From Candidatus Hydrogenedentota bacterium (GTDB lineage: Bacteria; JBFMHD01), in NCBI GenBank assembly GCA_040752395.1, contig JBFMHD010000001.1, forward strand, positions 1-48,348: a DNA stretch of 48,348 bases. Reading direction: 5' to 3'. The notes below the pieces were generated by a model, which was not told the DNA's origin, made no database searches, and worked only from the letters and a program-made list of their open reading frames with translations. Both the position numbers and the translations under genes were made by a program. This document shows positions 43,301 through 48,348 of this stretch, piece by piece. Each line of letters begins with the position of its first letter. Positions within the stretch are counted from its first letter, which is position 1.

Positions 43301-44338
43301 GTGAAGTGGAATAAGATATTTAATTATATATTCAGTTTTACTGTTATGGTGGTGGCTTTATATTATGTATTCAGATATGTCTCATTCAAGGAAGTATTAG
43401 AGCAACTCAGTTATGTTCGTATCTGGCCTCTCTTATTAGCTGTAACAAGTGGTATAACTGCGGTTATGATACGTGCTTACAGATGGAGATTGATTTTAAA
43501 AGATTTTAATACTATATCCGGGGTGAAACTTATATCACCCACATTTATAGGTTCGGTAGCAAATTTATTACCTGCGCGTCTTGGCGAGGTTTACAGGGCG
43601 TATATACTCTCAACAAAAGAACGAATCTCTTTTGCAGCAGCATTAAGCAGTATAATAGTTGAACGTCTTATTGACCTTTTATATTTATTTATACTGATAG
43701 GTAGTATTGTTTTTTTTAAAGGTGCGATCCCAAAGAAAGATTTAAATGTAATGGGGCAGATGGTAAATGTACATCTGGCTGTAATTTCGTTCAGTAAATT
43801 TACGATGATAATAGTTTTTGGTATATTATTATTTATTATTATTGTTACTCTCAGACCTCAAAATATAAGGAACATCATTATCAGGATTACAAAAAAACTA
43901 TCATCGATAGAGAAAAAAATATTACATTTTTTTGATGAGATGGTTCAGGGGTTGAGTCTTGTAAGGGATATAAAATCTATTATTTATGTGTTAGGTATCA
44001 GCATAATTGTATGGGTCTTTTTTTATTTATCTTATTATTTTGCCTGCATAGCTTTTAAAATACCCAATTATATTACTGCCGCGTACCTATTACTTGTATA
44101 TGTTGGTTTATTCATCACTTTGTTTCCAACGCCGGTGTTTCTTGGTTCATTTCAGCTTGGATGTTTTGTTGTCCTGCATCATATTTTAAACACAGATGAA
44201 AATATAGCAGCTGGTTATGGTATTGTTTTATGGGTTGTTTCACTTATTCCGTTGATCTCCATAGGTATCTCATTTATTATTAAAGACAATCTTAATTTTC
44301 ACAGTATAAAAGAAGGGATTGAGGATAAATCAGATTAA
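43301..44338 (+). CDS. Flippase-like membrane protein (LPG synthase TM / UPF0104 family)
   Basis: It has about 8 TM segments. RAYRWRLIL and ARLGEVYRAY are typical of this family. The start codon is GTG. Confidence 0.65.
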   Translation: MKWNKIFNYIFSFTVMVVALYYVFRYVSFKEVLEQLSYVRIWPLLLAVTSGITAVMIRAYRWRLILKDFNTISGVKLISPTFIGSVANLLPARLGEVYRAYILSTKERISFAAALSSIIVERLIDLLYLFILIGSIVFFKGAIPKKDLNVMGQMVNVHLAVISFSKFTMIIVFGILLFIIIVTLRPQNIRNIIIRITKKLSSIEKKILHFFDEMVQGLSLVRDIKSIIYVLGISIIVWVFFYLSYYFACIAFKIPNYITAAYLLLVYVGLFITLFPTPVFLGSFQLGCFVVLHHILNTDENIAAGYGIVLWVVSLIPLISIGISFIIKDNLNFHSIKEGIEDKSD

Positions 44339-44344
44339 AAAATT

Positions 44345-45499
44345 ATGATTGAAGGTTTTTATTTTGGCGCAGTACGAGCAGGATTAAAAGAGAGTAAAAA
44401 TCTTGATCTGGCGGGTTTTTATTCTGATATACCCTGTTATGTTGCGATACTCTCTACAAAAAATTCTTTCAAAGCAGCTCCAATTATTCGAAATAATGAT
44501 ATTATAAAAGAGAATAAATTCATCCGGGGGTTAATTGTTAATAGTGGGATGGCTAATGCTGCTACCGGTGAAGATGGGTATAAGGATGCTTGCAGTATGT
44601 GTGAAATATTTGCTCAAAAATTCAACATTAAAGAGAATGAGACACTTGTTGCATCAACAGGAATAATAGGTAAAAGAATTCCACTCACCAATATCAGAGA
44701 TTCTTTACCGCTTTTAAAAAAATCCATAAGACCAGATGGCTATAAAGATTTTGCAAAAGCTATAATAACAACAGATAAAAGAGAAAAAATCGTTATTAAA
44801 CAAGAAAACGGTGTGACCATACTCGGTATCGCAAAAGGCGCTGGAATGATATCACCTTCTATGGCAACAATGTTATGTTTTATATTTACTGATTTATCAG
44901 TGGACAGAGATTATTTGCAGGAAAGTTTATACAATGCTGTCTCTAATTCATTCAACATAATTTCAGTAGATGGAGATATGAGCACCAATGATACTGTAAT
45001 ATTATTTTCGCCTTTCAAGAATGAACATAATACCAAAAAGTATGAAATATTTAAGAGATTATTGTACGGGGTTTGTTTTGAACTTGCAATGAAGATTCTT
45101 GAGGATGGCGAAGGAGCCACAAAAATAATAAAAATAAGGGTTAGCGGTAATATTTCTAAAGACGATTGCAAAAAAATCGCTACTGCTATATCAAGGAGTT
45201 TACTTGTTAAAACAGCTATGTTTGGTTGCGATATGAACTGGGGAAGGATACTTGCTGCTGCTGGCGCGAGCGGTGTTAATATTGATCCTTTTAATGTATC
45301 ACTTATTGTCAATGGCGATATGATATTTCAAAGAGGAAAAGTTGCCCCTTATGATGAACAACTTGCTAACGTTAAAATGAAAAACAAAAACATTGTGATT
45401 GAACTTATAGTTGGTGAAAGCATTTATAACGAATATATCTTTTATACAAATGATTTATCCGTAGAGTATGTGCATATAAATGCCGATTACACGACATGA
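44345..45499 (+). CDS. argJ: Bifunctional glutamate N-acetyltransferase / amino-acid acetyltransferase
   Basis: NSGMANAATG, ITTDK, the autoprocessing site GMISPSMATMLCFIFTD and the C-terminal INADYTT are present. Confidence 0.9.
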   Translation: MIEGFYFGAVRAGLKESKNLDLAGFYSDIPCYVAILSTKNSFKAAPIIRNNDIIKENKFIRGLIVNSGMANAATGEDGYKDACSMCEIFAQKFNIKENETLVASTGIIGKRIPLTNIRDSLPLLKKSIRPDGYKDFAKAIITTDKREKIVIKQENGVTILGIAKGAGMISPSMATMLCFIFTDLSVDRDYLQESLYNAVSNSFNIISVDGDMSTNDTVILFSPFKNEHNTKKYEIFKRLLYGVCFELAMKILEDGEGATKIIKIRVSGNISKDDCKKIATAISRSLLVKTAMFGCDMNWGRILAAAGASGVNIDPFNVSLIVNGDMIFQRGKVAPYDEQLANVKMKNKNIVIELIVGESIYNEYIFYTNDLSVEYVHINADYTT

Positions 45500-45556
45500 T
45501 AAAAGATGCAGTGGACGGGATTTGACCGGCCGAATGAGTAAGCAAAGAGAAGCAAA

Positions 45557-46297
45557 ATGACAGAAGAGCAACAAAAGAAAAAATCTTTTATAAGAGATAC
45601 AATAGAGACTATAGTTGTTGCAGGAACACTCGCTTTAATTATAAGGGCTTTAATTGTTCAGCCTTTTTACGTTCCCTCAAGCTCAATGATGCCTAATATC
45701 CACGGTGGTGTTAGTTTAAAAGGCGAAAAAGCAAATGACCATCTTTTTGCTATAAAATTTATTTTTGGCTGGAGAATACCTAAAAATATTCATTTTAAAG
45801 GATGGAAGCCTTACTTTGATTTCTTAGAAAATAAGATATTCGATTTTTGCAAACCAGAACGAGGTGAAATAATTATATTTGAATATCCGAATAACCCATC
45901 AGTAGATTTTGTAAAACGAGTAGCAGCTCTTCCCGGTGATGTTATTGAGATGAAAAATAATATCGTATATGTGAATGGTAAAAAATTACCACGGAATTTT
46001 GTATCGACTTATTCTTACTCTGACCAGGAAGACCCTACGGATATAACTCAATGCAATATGTATGAAGAAGAGAATACCGGTGTTAAATATATGATAATTC
46101 AGCGCGTTGATGATGGCAGGGAAAGAAAATCGTCGTTTGGAAAAATCGTTGTACCAGAGGGACATTATTTTGTCCTCGGTGATAACAGGGATAACAGTCA
46201 GGACTCACGCATCTGGGGGTTCGTACCAGGAGATAGAATCAAAGGTAAACCTCTGTTTATATACTGGCCTATTTCTCGATGGGGGCTGATAAAGTGA
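45557..46297 (+). CDS. lepB: Signal peptidase I
   Basis: The catalytic Ser box VPSSSMMPN, the Lys box VKRVAALPGD and GDNRDNSQDSRIWGFV are present. Confidence 0.9.
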   Translation: MTEEQQKKKSFIRDTIETIVVAGTLALIIRALIVQPFYVPSSSMMPNIHGGVSLKGEKANDHLFAIKFIFGWRIPKNIHFKGWKPYFDFLENKIFDFCKPERGEIIIFEYPNNPSVDFVKRVAALPGDVIEMKNNIVYVNGKKLPRNFVSTYSYSDQEDPTDITQCNMYEEENTGVKYMIIQRVDDGRERKSSFGKIVVPEGHYFVLGDNRDNSQDSRIWGFVPGDRIKGKPLFIYWPISRWGLIK

Positions 46298-48231
46298 TAT
46301 CAAAAAGTGGGGATACAGCTTCACTTGTTGTGATAAAAAAAAGAATTAAAATAGTTTTTATAACACTGATAATATTTTTTATCATTGTATTTATTAGAAT
46401 ATTTTATATTCAGATCGCATATAAAGAAAAAATATTTGAATATTCTTCTTTTGATTATATATTTAAAGAAAGGGGTACAATATTTGACAGAAATGGTCAG
46501 ATATTCGCTATCTCAAACCCTACTCTCTCTCTTTATGCTAATCCGTCAAAAATTGATAAACACTCTATTAATAAAATAGCAGGAGATTTAGCAAGAACAC
46601 TTAATATAGATAAAAAAATAATTCAGCAGAAATTATCAAAAAAATCTAAATTTGTGTGGATAAAGAGAAACATAAGTGAAAAAGAAGCAAATACTATAAA
46701 ACAATTGAATTACACCGCTATAGGGTTTCGTAAAGAACACAACAGATATTATCCTTTTTCTTGTAGAGCATCTCATATACTTGGCTTTGTTGGGATGGAT
46801 AACCGCGGACTTGAAGGTATAGAGCTTTTGTTCGATGACCTCTTAAAAGGCGATATTAATCTTTTTACCAACAATAGCAATGAAACTACTGAAAATGAAT
46901 CTATATCAGACCTGTATCTAACCATAGACAATGTAATTCAAGGTATCGCTGAAGAAGAATTAAAAAAGAGTATAATAAAACATAATGCAAAAGAAGGGAT
47001 TGTTATAGTCAGCGACCCCTATACCGGCGAGATACTTGCTATGACTGTTTATCCGGATTTTGACCCAAATAATATAAACAAAACCAGCCAGGAATACCTG
47101 CGAAATAGAGCTATAACTGACATATTCGAGGCAGGGTCCATAATGAAGATTTTTAGTATGTCTTATGCTATTGAGAGAAATCTTGTTAACGAAGAAGAAA
47201 AAATTAATTGTACAGGTGGTATCAGCATCGCAGGACATAATATCCTCTGTACTCATAATCATGGCGCACTTAATCTTGAAGGCATACTTCAAAAATCCTG
47301 TAACGTAGGAATAATCTCTATTGCTAAAAGATTTAATGAGAGAGATTATTATAATTTTTTAAGAAATTTGGGATTTGGAGAACCTACGGGTTGTATGTTA
47401 CCAGGAGAACAGAATGGTATCCTTCATAAACCTGACAAGTGGTCATTGCTAACTAAAACACAAATCGCTATAGGCTATGGTATCTCTGTTACCCCGATAC
47501 AACTTGTTATAGCCTCGAACGTGATTGCCAATGGCGGCATATTATACAAACCTCGGCTTATAAAAAAGATAGTAAAAAGGAAAAATAACGAACTATTTTA
47601 TGTAAGTAACCCTGAAGTGGTAAGGTCAGTTTTATCATCAACAACAGCTTATAGAATGTCTCAGTTATTGCGAAGCGTCATTACAATTGACGGAACCGGT
47701 TATGAAGCACGGGTATCAGGATTTACTGTCAGTGGGAAGACAGGGACAGCTAAAATGGTTATTGAAGGAGAGTATGCTGAGGATAGATACATCGGTAGTT
47801 TTGTTGGATGGGTACCGGCTGATGACCCGGTGCTTACTATCTTAGTGGTGATAAAGGATCCAGCTGAGGTGGGTTATTACGGAGGTGTAATAGCTGCACC
47901 TGTATTTTCAAACATCGCCAGACGAACCTTAAATTATATGAAAGTTTATTCTACTCAGGATGCTCTGCTTATTTCACGGATGACCAAAGATATATCATCA
48001 AAGACAGACCCTGCTTTGAAAGTTATTACCGAGACAGCTATTAATAAAAGCGATACTGAGTTAAGAATGCCACACCTTAAGGGCTTATCTTTAAGAGAAG
48101 CAATTGAGGTTTTATCTCTATATAAAGTAAAGATACAAGTTCAAGGAAGTGGCAGAGTTAGTGGTCAGATACCTGAAAAAGGAGCTATCATTAAGAAGGG
48201 TCAAACTGTTATAGTTCAGCTCGGGTACTGA
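46279..48231 (+). CDS. Class B penicillin-binding protein (FtsI/PBP2-type transpeptidase) with a C-terminal PASTA domain
   Basis: It has a TM anchor and a dimerisation domain. The motifs SxxK (GSIMK), SxN (SCN) and KTGTA are present. A C-terminal ~60-aa PASTA-like module follows (MPHLKGLSLREAIEVL...GQTVIVQLG). It overlaps lepB by 19 nt. Confidence 0.85.
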   Translation: MGADKVISKSGDTASLVVIKKRIKIVFITLIIFFIIVFIRIFYIQIAYKEKIFEYSSFDYIFKERGTIFDRNGQIFAISNPTLSLYANPSKIDKHSINKIAGDLARTLNIDKKIIQQKLSKKSKFVWIKRNISEKEANTIKQLNYTAIGFRKEHNRYYPFSCRASHILGFVGMDNRGLEGIELLFDDLLKGDINLFTNNSNETTENESISDLYLTIDNVIQGIAEEELKKSIIKHNAKEGIVIVSDPYTGEILAMTVYPDFDPNNINKTSQEYLRNRAITDIFEAGSIMKIFSMSYAIERNLVNEEEKINCTGGISIAGHNILCTHNHGALNLEGILQKSCNVGIISIAKRFNERDYYNFLRNLGFGEPTGCMLPGEQNGILHKPDKWSLLTKTQIAIGYGISVTPIQLVIASNVIANGGILYKPRLIKKIVKRKNNELFYVSNPEVVRSVLSSTTAYRMSQLLRSVITIDGTGYEARVSGFTVSGKTGTAKMVIEGEYAEDRYIGSFVGWVPADDPVLTILVVIKDPAEVGYYGGVIAAPVFSNIARRTLNYMKVYSTQDALLISRMTKDISSKTDPALKVITETAINKSDTELRMPHLKGLSLREAIEVLSLYKVKIQVQGSGRVSGQIPEKGAIIKKGQTVIVQLGY

Positions 48232-48243
48232 TATATATAGTGA

Positions 48244-48348
48244 GGAGACAGGAGACAGAAGACAGGAGTGGAAGGCACAAAGGATATTAGGGGATGGGTC
48301 ATAGGGGATGGGGTATATTAGGGGGCGGCGGTTAGGGGTTAGGGGTCG
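48244..48348 (+). repeat. Heptamer word tract followed by a dense G-run cluster (runs to the window edge)
   Basis: GGAGACA GGAGACA GAAGACA GGAGTGG AAGGCAC spans 48244-48278. It is followed by GGGGatGGGtcataGGGGatGGGGtatattaGGGGGcGGcGGttaGGGGttaGGGG. Confidence 0.8.

Noticed and set aside
48332-48345. The TTAGGGG TTAGGGG units resemble telomeric repeats.
   Set aside because: There are only two units. They are embedded in the same heptamer-word style seen at internal intergenic sites, and there is no evidence of a replicon end. They are treated as part of the G-run/word tract.
1-48348. I searched by eye for tRNA, rRNA, tmRNA, riboswitch, transposase, integrase, reverse transcriptase and cas genes.
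   Set aside because: None of the larger intergenic regions (3900-4644, 20605-20847, 28061-28312, 29363-29616, 38365-38984) shows cloverleaf-type structure or known riboswitch cores that I can recognise. No ORF carries DDE, tyrosine/serine recombinase, RT or Cas motifs. A covariance-model scan would be needed to be definitive.

Overview
This is an AT-rich bacterial chromosomal segment. TamB, FtsEX-EnvC and LepB suggest a diderm organism. About 40 supportable genes are mostly housekeeping or envelope functions. In order they are: an HDOD protein with a coupled unknown nucleotidyltransferase-like ORF, a B12-radical SAM enzyme, and a HEPN/MNT toxin-antitoxin pair. Next come a GH13 enzyme, NIL-cysE, SpsF/SpsG-like genes, tamB, pabB/pabC, lon, a DUF21-CBS-EIIA membrane protein and a split transketolase. 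These are followed by ftsE-ftsX-envC-ctpA-yibQ, tsaD, a membrane-anchored AlbA_2 protein, a GT-C glycosyltransferase and an AddAB-like helicase-nuclease pair. The window ends with a nucleotide-sugar / polyprenyl-phosphate cluster (SDR, sugar dehydrogenase, WecA/MraY-like, UbiA-like, flippase-like), argJ, lepB and a PASTA-containing PBP. I saw no rRNA, tRNA, CRISPR array, transposase or integrase. The most unusual content is non-coding. A modular mosaic repeat family occurs in at least 8 intergenic copies, in both orientations. It is built from a GC hairpin module, tandem heptamer 'word' blocks with palindromes, and a near-identical 35-nt module. That 35-nt module carries the Shine-Dalgarno sequence and sits 4-8 nt before the start codons of five unrelated genes. 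Copies flank the HEPN/MNT cassette as direct repeats and split the two transketolase genes. A separate 3 x ~105-bp tandem array, with palindromes spaced 104 and 105 bp apart, sits directly upstream of the radical SAM gene. All functional calls rest on motifs recognised by eye, and no database search was run.
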